Of a DNA stretch of 64,000 nucleotides, positions 46,301 to 59,458 are shown in pieces. The DNA comes from Tubiluchus corallicola (Eukaryota; Animalia; Priapulida), in the NCBI GenBank assembly GCA_030141605.1, contig JAQGDQ010000785.1, positions 1 to 64,000 on the forward strand, written 5' to 3'. Positions within the stretch are counted from its first letter, which is position 1, and each line of letters begins with the position of its first letter. Below the pieces are notes generated by a model. The model did no database searches. It worked only from the letters and a program-made list of their open reading frames with translations, and was not told the DNA's origin. The translations under genes were made by a program, and so were the position numbers.

Positions 46301-49300
46301 AAACAAAGTGACGGCCTGCCAACTAGCGGTCAGCTTGTGAAATAATTTACAGGGTCCGTAAAAATTTTCTCAACGAATTTACGCGATTTACAAAAGTGGC
46401 ACCACTGTTCTTCCAAAAACTCTGAATTCCGTGTATCCAAGGAAAATTCTCATGCTATTTATTTAGTTCAATAGAAAAATCCGCTTAGTATAGAAAAGTT
46501 AATAATATTTCAATTAGTAATTTTCACCTGAGCGAAAGTCGAAGTAAAGATAAGCGAGTTTTCTGGTCCATATTATCAATGTCGGCTAAACGCTTTTCCA
46601 CATTGGCAAAAAAGGCAAAAGCATCGGCCATCTTTGTTTCCACTACGTCAACTTTCAATGTTCTGTGCTGAGATAATTGCTGCAAACAGATACACGTTTT
46701 TTTGAAAACAATTCCTATAGCTAAAACCTGTTAACCCATTTGCTCACAATGCAAAGCAAGAATTTGAAAAGGCAAATTAATCAACAATGACATTTAACAT
46801 GGTTTAGCTTAAAAAAACTAAATGTTTAAGCCTGTATTCACCTTGTATTTTAAGATCTCACGAGAAAGAAATGTAAAAAGTATAAAACAGTATGTACCAG
46901 TCTATATACACGACCACAGTTGCAAATAAACAGATTGACAATATCTAACCGAAATACAAAATTTTTTCATAAATATCATTAGTTTGGTAATCTCAGTTAA
47001 ATGGGTTGAGTTTCATTCATAATACAACTGACAAAAACTACAATTTAAAAAGTTTGATAGGACTGAGAAGATAATTACCTCATCTAGTAAAAGTACAGTT
47101 TTAATAGACAGTAGCCAAATGCTTAGACTGTTTAAACATGTAGTAAGACACAGCTAAATGAATTCAAATCTTAATTCTGGTAAGCAAAAAGTGCTTAAAG
47201 GACAAGAAAAAGGTACCTGAAGTAAGTTTCAGAAAAATCGCCTTAAAAAAATTATAGAACTTTATAGCAATTTTATGCGTATGTCTTACTCGCACTGAAA
47301 GGAATTTTAGTTTGTTTTCATTTTAAATCTCCCGCAACACTGTTCCGAAGTCACCATTACATGACGTCATGTACCAAACGTAAACCAAGGGAAGAAAAGG
47401 CAATGTTAAATTATGTCTCAAAAGACTTTCTTTGCAAATCTATTTTACTCAGATTTTCACTTACCTGCTAGAAAGACTTATGTAACTAGAAAAGAAAATT
47501 ATTAATTATTTAAAATGTTTTCACCAATTGGTAAAATGTCGCTGACTCATCCTCCAGGGTGCACCACTCACTAACCAAAAAACGTTTTTTTAATCTTATT
47601 GACAAGATACAGTAATTTTAATTTTTTTTTAAATCTTGTGCGCTACGAATGCCCTGATTATTTTTTCAAACTTTACAAAATGTTATCTAAACTTGTTTCA
47701 AATGACCTGTCGTGAAAATGGCTGCGTCTAACGGTCATCGCGGGAGTTTAAATTTACATGTTTTATACAGCGTTACTGCCGATTGAAGTCCTGCGTGCAA
47801 AAAGCCAGTATGTAAGCGATATAACATTTCAAAACGAATTTTTCAAGCTTTATGTTTCTGAAGGGTTTTCTTGTGCTTTAAATCAAATCCATATGAATAA
47901 TACTGTAAAAACTTGTAGTATAATTTTACTTACACGAATCTCTGGTATGAGTTCCGGAAAGCTATCACGTAAGTAGGAGTAATGACTGATGGTAAAATCA
48001 TGAAACAATGGTATCATTGTTGCACAGTGTTGCGCAGCATTGAATACCAAAACCAGTGTGCTAATATCTAAACAATGCGTAAACGAAAATAACAGTACAA
48101 AAATGCCTTTGCTTTTTATCACATGTATCACTAAATGGCAGAATATACTATATAATCCCAAGTGCTAAATTCAAGATGCACTGTGCCCAATGTACCTTGG
48201 TTATTCATGTTCATATACTGTATGGATAAAATGTCATTATGTAGGTGCCTGAGTGGCAAGGATTTTACTGAAATTGAATTTACAAACCGAAACCGAAACT
48301 CATGAAACATAGAAAACCGATACGGAAACAAAACCGAACCGAAACATTTTTGCAAAACCAATTACTATCAGAACTGAAAAAAAAAGAAAATTTTAAAATA
48401 AGTAAAATATTTTGTTTCTTGTTTGTTTGGTTTTATTTACTGTGATGCAAAATTATTGATAAAAAATTCTAATACAAAAAGTACGAGGAAGTTTTATAGT
48501 GTTGAACCTCAATTTTGATAGAGTGGCTTACCTTAGAAAATGTGTTATAATGTTTTTTGATTTAAGTATCATTAATGATTGATGTTTAAAGATCATAATG
48601 CTTCATTGAAAGTAAATCAAATTTTATTTCGTAGATATTTTGTTGCCTATATTTCATAAAATATAAAACTAAACGCAATTTTGCTCAAGTAAATTCAAAC
48701 GTGGTTTGATATTTCGGTTGATTGGGTCTGGAGACCCTAAAACTTTACAGTCATCAGCACTGAAGATACGCCACATTGCCAATAAAAGTACATTGCAAAT
48801 TGTTACATAAACAAAATTTTCTCTTTATGCGTACTAATTTAGCCATAATTTTTCAGCGATTTTTGACAACTGGGAAAAAAGAAAAAGTAAATTGGATGAA
48901 TACTAGTAAACCTCAGAAAAATGCAATCAAAAATTATCCGAAATTTTGGCTACCAAATTTAATGAAACAGAAAGTGCAATTATCGGTAAATTGAAACAAA
49001 ATTCAACATCCCTGCTAGGTGGCCCACTCTGTAAAACCTCTACCTTTTATTCTAAAGTATAGCAGTGGATACAAACTAGTATTAATGTTTCGTGTCACAC
49101 CATAAAAATACCAGTAGTTTAAATTCGAATCTTCTTGAATTACATTTCTGGTGAAATATCTTTGACTCTTATTAGCTAAATTCTCGCACGCTTTGCTTTC
49201 AACAAATCAGGTTTTGTCTCGGCTCTGACTCTGACTCTGACATGTACACTAGTTTGGGAAGGTTATAAAGGGAAGGTCAACGCATGCTGTCCTTTGAGTT

Positions 49301-52300
49301 GCATTGGTTACTAAGATAAGGAGAGGTGGTTTGTCTTCGTGTCAATGCTCTCTTCTGACCAAGCTTAGAGTTTTCCTGCTACCACCTGAGGGGAGTTAGG
49401 TAGAGTTCTTCTTGGTTCATGTCTGTGTCATGCTTTTTGTTCTAATTAACCTAGCTATATTTCTTTCAACTAAATTTAACAAACAATAATAGCCAACAGT
49501 GTTATTCAATTCAACTGTGCTTTATTCTCGTTATGTAGAAATCATTATTACGCTGCCCTGGCCCCACTTCTGCAGGCCCAAACCATCACCAGATGGCGTG
49601 GTTCCCCTAGCAGTTCAATATATTATGCAGTAAAAAATAAAAATGCGAATTATATAAGGATACACGCAGGATCGTCCATATCAGGTTCTGTAGAATCAAA
49701 GTACGGATGACTAGCAAGTAACTCCGGAATTAACGGCAGGGTAAGACTTGCATGAGCTTTACCAACGTTCTTCAAGCACCTAGAAATGTGAGATTATTTT
49801 TACATGGTTAATTTAACTATTTCTTGCCGATGTGGCTGTGTGTTATGCTAATACAGTAACATCTATTCTGACTGTTTGCAGCTTTGAGCAAAAGGTCATC
49901 ACATTTCCGCATTTAGGACTAAATAATTTGAACAATTACACAGCAAAAATTAATGATTCTTTCAAAATCACTTTTCAAGTTGTTATTGAGTTACTCTGAT
50001 TTAAATTTAATTTTATTGAGTTACTCTGATTTAAATTTAATTTTACTGAGTTACTCTGATTTAAATTTAATTTTATGGAGTTACTACAATTTAAATTTAA
50101 TTTTATTGAGTTACTCTGATTTAAATTTAATTTTATTGAGTTACTCTGATTTAAATTTAATTTTATTGAGTTAGTCTGATTTAAATTTAATTTTATTGAG
50201 TTACTCTGAATTTAGACACACACAGAAAACTATGGATCAGAACCAAATAGCATCAATAGGTCTGCATTTGACACAATAGAAAGGTGTTTATTTTACTACA
50301 GAAGCATAAGCAGAATGAACTAGACCTACACAGACGTGCACAGGCTTAACAACATCCATTAATGGGAGCAGACTAACAGGCATGCAATCACTGCACCATA
50401 TAATTATACTGAAGGTAAGTCAGTTAGTAGAATGCTACAAGATTAGCACCTAGATGGCAGCACCTTACTACAATGTACATATAACAACTTCCACGCATTC
50501 AGTTGAATAGAAATAAATTCATTAGACTCGCTACGAATTTTGAAATGCTCTACAGTGAAATGTGTTACAAGGTGTTGACCATTCACCTTCACAGATTTTT
50601 AGCTTTAGACATTTATTGCGAAAAGTCATGTGTAAGAATTACATACTTCCATACTGATATACGATCCTGAGGATATCTCGTTAGATTAGCAAGGAGCTGG
50701 TGAATACACATCCTTATGCATTCCGTTGTACTTAAAGTAGAAGCACCCAGTAATTCATGAATACCTTCCCGTATCTCATATGAACTGTCCTACAAAAATA
50801 AAAATCAGATTGTTTATTGTTTTTAAAATGCTGTTTATTATCTTTATCATATTTTCTTCAGATTTGGGAACAAATTACCATATATACTTATGTACAAGTC
50901 GATGTGCATTTTGAGACCGAAAATTGCACCATTTTATATGTTACCTGTGTACACGTCGACCATAAAATATTAAGATTTTCCAGAGTAAATGATGTCAATA
51001 ATTCCTTCCCATTTGAAGAAAAAATAATTTACTAAAATTAATAGCTCTGCGTATTTGTGTTTTATATACGCGTGTATGCGTATTGGTTAATTTATAAGCC
51101 CAAACTTAGAAAAGCCCTGGAAATCGTGCAGAAATTCACATTGTTTCAAAAAGAATGCCCAGCCTCCGCACGCATACGTGGCTAAAAACCAGCAAAGGGT
51201 GAGCTCGAAAACTAAATTTAATAAATTTAAGCAATGATTAGTGAATGGACAGATGACCACAGGGTTCAACATTCTTTCTGGTCGTTCTTATTCGTACAGT
51301 AATTCTGGTTATTTCTCCTTTTAATGTAAACGTACAGTGCAGTGCACCACGTAGTCCAATGTCTTGTCTTAACTATTTAGTTTTAATAATGAACTATGTT
51401 CTGGTCCCATCACAACTGCGTGCATTAAGCAGGTATGCCACTGAGTGCTCAATTCTAATTTGCCCTGTGCCGAAGCTCGTAAAAAAATACATCATAAAGA
51501 TCTTCCGCCCTCTGCAGCCGTGCTGCTACTAAGCACAAAACATTGGTTAGTTTTCATTATTGCAAAATGTAAAAGAACTGAGATACGTTCCAGAGGCAAA
51601 AATCACTGCTGCTTAAATCATATAAATTAAAAGTTTTATGGGTTTTGCTCAAGTTTCTATTGATTAATTTCTTTCTGTTTGCTTGAAACCACCTATATGT
51701 TTTACTAACCTAGCTAGCAGTTTCTCTTTCATTAACATTTAAGTCTAGGCAGCGGTTAAACAATAAACACTGCAGCAGAGTCAAAGCCAAGTGCTGGGCG
51801 ACCTTGGGAATTTTATCTAGTCTGGTTACTATAGCAACAGGTTGCACGCAAAATTCCTTGTTTCCAGGTCTAACTTGATACAAATGACTAGCGTTTAGTG
51901 GTCAGTCTTGAAGCAAAAAAACGTACATTTGTATAATAATTGCACTGCTTACTTTACTAGTGCATTTTTAGAACAATACGTTCTGTTTTAATGTATTAAA
52001 TTAGTTAGAAAAGCTGCTGATAAATCAAAAATTTGATTCGAGCAAAGTAAAAAATTGTTGTTAAAATGAAACAGTGCGTTACTAAGTGAAAAAAGGTGTA
52101 GAATAATCAGCGTCCTTAAAATGAAACGTCGCTAAACAGGGAGTCATTAAGCGAGGATTTACTGTACTAGATCTACAAACCTGCAACACGGCTAGGACTA
52201 GATCTACAAACCTGCAACACGGCTAGAACAGTCTCTAACTGATCTTCACGCAACACAATGTGAGCCACCAACTTGAGTAGACAGTTAATCAAGCAGGCGT

Positions 52301-55300
52301 ACAGATTCTACTGTACTAGATCTACAAACCTGCAACACGGCTAGGACTAGATCTACAAACCTGCAACACGGCTAGCACAGTCTCTAACTGATCTTCACGC
52401 AACACAATGTGAGCCACCAACTTGAGTAGACAGTTAATGGCAAGCAAGCGTACAGATTCTATTTCATCATTGAACATGTCGACGAGGAAATCCAGACTTT
52501 TCACGGCAAAATCAGCGTGAACGTGCGCAAGCTCACACATAGACATCACAGCTGCACTACGAGCTTCTACAAGTGTAAAAAAGTATCAATATAATTTCCG
52601 TAAACAATGACAACAAATAACAACAAACTGCATCCCCTTAAAGGCCCATATGTCTAGCATTTTTCTCGTTGTCAAAATAAAAATGCCCATAAAAAACATT
52701 AATCGCAGCGAGAGGCGATATTGCACTTTTAAACGCTCACGAAAACAGCTAACACTGTAGCAAGAAAAAAGCTTTTGCACTGGAAGTAGATGCCTCTAAA
52801 TTTATAGCAGAAACTTGAAGCAATAAGGCTAACCTTGCATGCGCTTTGCTGCACGCAACCACAAGTTGAAGATTACTGATATTACCTGTCCTACAAGCAC
52901 AAGTATGGCAGCATAAGCGATATTTTCGCGAATTTCTGAAGATTTTAATAGAAATCCCTGAAATTCTTTAAAAAAATTATAACTATTTAGGTAATTAAAC
53001 TATTTAGTATATTTTTCCTACCGACTCTAATGTTTTCGCAATCGGCAGATGTACACAAAGAAAAATAGAAACACAAAAGGTGCAAAATCCGATAAATATT
53101 TTTGCCAGAACAAGATGCATCAAAATGACTGGATCCCGTACATCTCTGGTATATTTTAGTATATATCTCAATTCCACTGCTTTCTTTGCAACATCCTGCA
53201 TTATTGGGCAATAATTTCATCACTTGCAGCTGCTCATACTTTTACTGTTTTAACATTTGTTAACTTGTTTGAAGTATTTTCATCAATTTAAAAATTTAAC
53301 ATAATTTTAACTACTCCACTACCTAAGAATTCGTCTTCGAGGCCGTGTACAAAAGCACCACAAGCACCGGTGTTTATCACCGTTACACTTTCGGCACTGA
53401 GTAACTCCATGGGAGCATCGGAAGCCCACTTGTTACCGGTGGCCCACTCGCCCTTCTCAAAGTGCTTCTTTTGTCTTTCGTGTGCTCCAGCTTTCCTCTA
53501 AAACATGATTCATTGTTACAAAAAGAAATAAGAATTATACAAAAGTAATAGTACATCCCAATAACATATACGAGATTATAAGGTTGTTGTATCATTATTG
53601 TCAATTTCAGTCACTGGGCTTCCTTAGTATGTAAAAACTACATGACAATACTGTATTGTTATTGTCAATTTCAGTCACTGGGCTTCCTTAGTATGTAAAA
53701 ACTACATGACAATAATGTATTGTTATTGTCAATTTCAGTCACTGGGCTTCCTTAGTATGTAACAACTGCATGACAATACTGTATTGTTATTGTCAATTTC
53801 AGTCACTGGGCTTCCTTAGTATGTAAAAACTGCATGACAATACTGTATTGTTATTGTCAATTTCGGTCACTGGGTTTCCTTAGTATGTAAAAACTGCATG
53901 ACAATACTGTATTGTTATTGTCAATTTCAGTCACTGGGCTTCCTTAGTATGTAAAAACTGCATGACAATACTGTATTGTTATTGTCCATTTCAGTCACTG
54001 GGTTACCATAGTGTCTAAACACTGCATGACAATAAGGTATCGTCATTACCTCGGACAGTTAAAGTTTGTTGTACTTTCAAAGTTAAGCACAGCTCAGCGA
54101 ATCCAACTAAAACAGGCAATAGCGCCTTTTTGAAATATTAGCATGGCCGCCAAGTAGGAGCTGTACCGTGAAAAGGATGATCATGAACTGCAGCGTTATA
54201 TCAGTGTGATGTAGAGCTTATTCTCGTGGCATTACATCAGCATCTTATAGCAATCTTCGCTTAAGCAAACATGTTTGATGTGCAAGGAAGATGCCTACTA
54301 TAGTTTGTGGCAAGCGATAGCTATGTTCGGTTGCCGTTAATTAACTTTCCAAGCTAATTTTTCAAATATTAGAAATAATTGCTAACTTTTATATGCAAGA
54401 AAATGTATATTTTGGACAGTAAATTAAAATGAGATTGAGTGTAATCAGTCGTCCGATTTTCTTATAACTGTTAAAAATGGAATGACATTGAAAATTGCAC
54501 CACAAACAAACACTTACCCTCATATTAGACATGAGTTTCTTATCCAAAGTTTGTTCCAGAAATTTGCTGCTAACTTGATGCATTGAACCCAACAATCTAG
54601 CAGCTTCAGCTCTAACTTTCATGCTGGTGTCGTTTAACATAAAACAAATCTTTGCAAAACCGTCATCAACTAGCCGAATGGATTCTTTATCAGGTGCTTC
54701 AACCATCCTGCAAACATGACTTAAGCATAATGTCAACCATCCTGCAAACACGACTTAAGCATAATGTCAACCATCCTGCAAACGTGACTTAAGCATAATG
54801 TCAACCATCCTGCAAACACGACTTAAGCATAATGTCAACCATCCTGCAAACACGACTTAAGCATAATGTCAACCATCCTGCAAACATGACTTAAGCATAA
54901 TGTCAACCATCCTGCAAACACGACTTAAGCATAATGTCAACCATCCTGCAAACGTGACTTAAGCATAATGTCAACCATCCTGCAAACACGACTTAAGCAT
55001 AATGTCAACCATCCTGCAAACACGACTTAAGCATAATGTCAACCATCCTGCAAACACGACTTAAGCATAATGTAATAAGTAATTACTGTATTCTACAAGA
55101 AAAAGTCATTTTAATTAACAACAGGGAAACTTAGAGTTGAGAAATAGGAAAGATGCTAAAGTGCCCAACATTTCATTTTTGGAATGAAGTTTGGAATTTA
55201 AGAGATCTTATTCATCTATGTAGAGAGTTTATAAAAAAGACCCACAGAACTTCTTCTAAAGGTCTTGCGAAACACCAAACCAAACATTTTTAAGTTGGCT

Positions 55301-58300
55301 CATAAAAATTTCAGCAATCATTTTAAAAACTGAGTAAGTGGTTTTAAATATCACCAACAGGAGTAACAATAAGTGACCAATGAACGAGCCTATAATGACC
55401 ACTGACAAGCAGATGACCGGAATGGCACTGGACACCTAAAGAACGCGGATTTTCGTTTTCCGTTTCTCCCAGTGACCTTAATTCGATAAATAAACCATCA
55501 CTAAAAAATAGGTCAAGATTTTCAACTTGACACGTGCATTGTTGCAAATGATAAAACTAGTAATAATATATGCGAAAAAAACTCAACGGAATATCTTAAA
55601 GTTTGTGAGGTCAATTTTTTGCAATTTAGATTAGATTAGATATTGTTACCCTAAACCTCTACACAGGTGTCTCTTTTCTGTAATAAAGATGAGCTATTTT
55701 TAACAATCAGTTTTAACACCTTTCAGGATAGGTTTGCGTCATCTTCCAGAAAAGTTTCATGGCAGCGAGTCTAACGCCCTCGTAGCTGTCGGACAGGGAG
55801 CGGCCGGCTTGTTCGTAAGCGTTCGTGTGTAGTTCAATTCCCCGATCATGTAGGTTGAGCTAAAAGTAAGAATGCATAGTTAAAAACTGTACCATGAAAT
55901 ACGAGATAAGTGGGCAAATTCATCAGTCAGTCAGTGGCGGCTCGTGTGCAGGCACTGTGAAACTGCAGCACCCCCTATTTTTACCCGATATTAAAAAGCC
56001 AAAAAGTTAATTTGCCAACTAAATCTGTCTTGTCTTCGTATCACAGTGATTATATTTTTAGCAAGATGCAATGCACACAGTAAAATGTACATTCAATACT
56101 CGGTGATAGACATACTGGATGTAGAGGGTTGTGGCAAAACTGGAACCTATCTCATCAACGATAATACTCTAGAACAGAGACATTGCCGATTACTAAGCTA
56201 ATGCAGTAGGTGCAGTGTATTAGACTCATGGTAATGTAGAATCAATCACCTAACTGTCTAAAAATGTCTAATATGGGCTGCTCCTAGGCAAAAAAACTGT
56301 CGACAATTGACTCAAATAAATAGCTTGGCATAATTGACTCTAAACCACTTCCACACGTTGATTAAACCACTAAATGCGCCGATATACAAGCGGCACAAGA
56401 GACGATACATGTTGTTTGGATGTAAGCAAAGTGATGGCCTGGCAACTAGCGATCAGCTTGCGAAATAATGGACGGTGTCATAGCATAGAGGACTTTTTAA
56501 CGGTCCAGATTTTGTCTGATTCTTCCAATATCCATAAAAGCGAGGTCCGGCAGACCGAGATACGAGTGTATTGATGTGGTTTTGATAAAGAGACACAATT
56601 TGGTACACAATTTCTCAAAACTTATTTTTCTACGTCTATTTAATAGTTAAATGCTCGAATACTATGTGGAGGGATTCAAATTTCGAATTCTACACATACC
56701 AACGCTTGAAATGCACTGCTTCTGACCCTGGGATCCTGATCTTCAGTCAGTTCACCTAGCAACGTGTGCACGGTAGAAAACTGCTCTTGCGAACTGTGTG
56801 CGGAAACCAAGTCTGCAATGAGTTCGATGCAGCGAATCCGAACTAGATGATCGTTCACTGTAAGATACTAAATACATAATCCACATATTAGAAAATACAA
56901 CCACATGAATTAGAGTTACCAGTGGTGACTATCAAGCAATTATAATTTTTAACTCTTTCGCTACTTTGCACTAGTCTTCGGATAGACTTGAATGGCTTAA
57001 AGCAAAATCGAACCCAATCTTAAACTGTAGGTCAAACAACCTAAAATATTGAAAGGAAACCTGCTTTTTTACAAAAATGACTTACATGGAAGAATTACCA
57101 CCAGACAAATACAATTTTGCATTCGCACCACTAGTTCTTCGCTATTACATGCATTCCGCCATTCACTAGTAAGACGGGCACTAACGCCTGCATTGCGGAA
57201 ATGCATTGTAGAAAAACAGGTGCTGTACCTCTCGGTTCAAATGTGTTCATTTCTGACATACTGCACACGTCGACAACTCATGCGTGAGCACAGAGGTAAA
57301 TTTGAAGTTTGAATCTTTACCTTAAAACTTGCCTAGTTTTAGTACAACACACTGAATCTCTTACAGTACCACTGTACTTCACAAACACGTGCAACACGCT
57401 AGTGAAACATTTTTGATGTTGAAATTTATGTTAGTTTGTGATGTCATTAAATTGGGCTAGTGCGCTGTTAACTGAGCTTTAATCTATTATTTAATTATCA
57501 GAAATGTTTTGCAGTATTAACTGTATTAAATGTGTAGTTTTTGCACTTGAAAATGGGGTAGTTGTGATGATCGGTTATACCATCCATCATTGTCGCAACA
57601 CCTATTTTGATATATCTTTCATATGTTGTTGTGTGTGCATAAATAATGATCTAATTACTTTATTGATTTATTGCGCTGTTTATTTAAATTTACATTACAT
57701 TGTGTGTTTTTGTAAGATTTTGACAGTAGATGGCTCTGGCCGCTTATTTCTCTGCTTACCTGTAATTAGGTTACCTGAAAATTCGAATACCAAATGGCTT
57801 CAACCTGTTTTGGGATCTTACTACAGAGTTTGTGTTTTACACTAGTTATGTTCTGACTGTCAAAGTTACAGGGTGGTGGAGTTTTGCTGGTTAGTCCACA
57901 TCCTGAGGTTATTTTATATGGCTGAACACCAAGTTTGGTGTGAACCTGTCTTTAATGGTACTCGTATGCAGTGAGATGATTTGGCACAAAGACAATGGTT
58001 TTGTCTACTTTTGTTTATTCATTGTTTGCTGTGATGACACTGTCTTGACATTCCAAGAAGCAAGTGTTTGGTAACCATATTTCCACCTGCAGAATAGGAC
58101 TCAAATTCTCGCCCAATAGTAGTGGAAAACCAGTCGAGAACCAGTTCTACCTGGACCAATGGTCTGTCTGTTAGTCTGAACTGAAGGTTCTGTTTGTCAC
58201 CCTGCAAAAAGGACGATATCTGGCTTTATTACTGGGAGTCTGAGGCAACCAGGCAAGAGTTCAATCCCGAGGCAACCAGGTACGAGTTCAACCGCTGAAT

Positions 58301-59423
58301 TGCTGGAGCAGTTTTAAAGCGTGGTCCATGCAGAGGCTGGGTTGATGACCACTGGTAAAGAACTGCTGGCGAGGACGTGGCTGACTGCTGGAGATGAAAA
58401 GCTGATGTGGTATGGTTGGAGACTCAAGAGCGTGGTTGATAGATCCGGAAGCCTGATGAGAGACAGAAGCGTAGCCGGCCAACGTTACTTTTGGGGGAAT
58501 TAGGTATTGTTCGAAATTGTTATCAATTTAATTTGCTATTGTTGTTTTACTGATTAAATTCTAAATCTAAATATTAGCTTTTAGTTCCGTTTTCGTTCTG
58601 ATAAAATAATTTGCACGTGCACACAAGTGTTTCACCAGTGACACGGATTCACGTAGCCTACACAAATGAATGATTATCCTGTAGATTTAGCATATAAAAG
58701 TGACAGAAACGCTCGAGAACCCTGAACACAGTACTCTGATTTCTTAACGTCCTGACTTAGTTATTACACGGCGTCACAGTAGTATATGAAAAATGATTCT
58801 GTCTTCATTTAAGCTTAGTTGTACCTCTAGTGCATTAGCTATAATATCAATACATTTCTTCATCACAATTAAGTATTTCCTATTATATCCACCCAGTTGC
58901 AAAAATTTGGGAAAAAAAGCCCTGATAAAGCAACTGACACGTTTGGTTGAATGCCACTTCAAGAATAAAGCTTGAGGTCTACAGTACTGTGACTGACTAC
59001 AGCAAAAACAAACCAACTTTAAAGGTGCTACAAATTTGCACATTTAAGCAGTGAAGCACTGGAATTAGATCACAGTAAATCACGAAAATGTATTCAGAAA
59101 AAAATAAAATTAGATCTTAGCAAATTATGGAAATACATTCAGTAAAAAATAAAGTTAAAACTCAGTAAAATATGAATGCACATTCAGTAAAAACTAATAA
59201 CTATCAATTTAGAGTTAAAACTACCCACCTTCTTTGCTACTTCCATAAGAGTTTTGTGCAGTTTAGCATCATTTGGTGAATGGTTACCAATAAGTAACAA
59301 AGTCTGTACAATTTGAGCCAAAACTTTCTCAGAATCTAAAAACAAGAAATTATTTGATTAATAAAAATTATTATCGTATATATTAATTCTACTGGTATAT
59401 ATATATATATATATATATATACC

Positions 59424-59458
<35 letters not shown>

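Noticed and set aside
47465-47467. 3-nt microexon or recursive site TAG/CAG/GTAAGT
   Set aside because: It lies inside a transposon, and the homologous motif recurs in the copy at about 14490, so it is TE sequence.
50447-50463. CTCF-like site CACCTAGATGGCAGCAC (another near 49588)
   Set aside because: Single short motif matches are expected by chance in 64 kb and cannot be supported from sequence alone.
57533-57825. Solo LTR (TGTAGT...ACTACA)
   Set aside because: No TSD and no second copy are visible.
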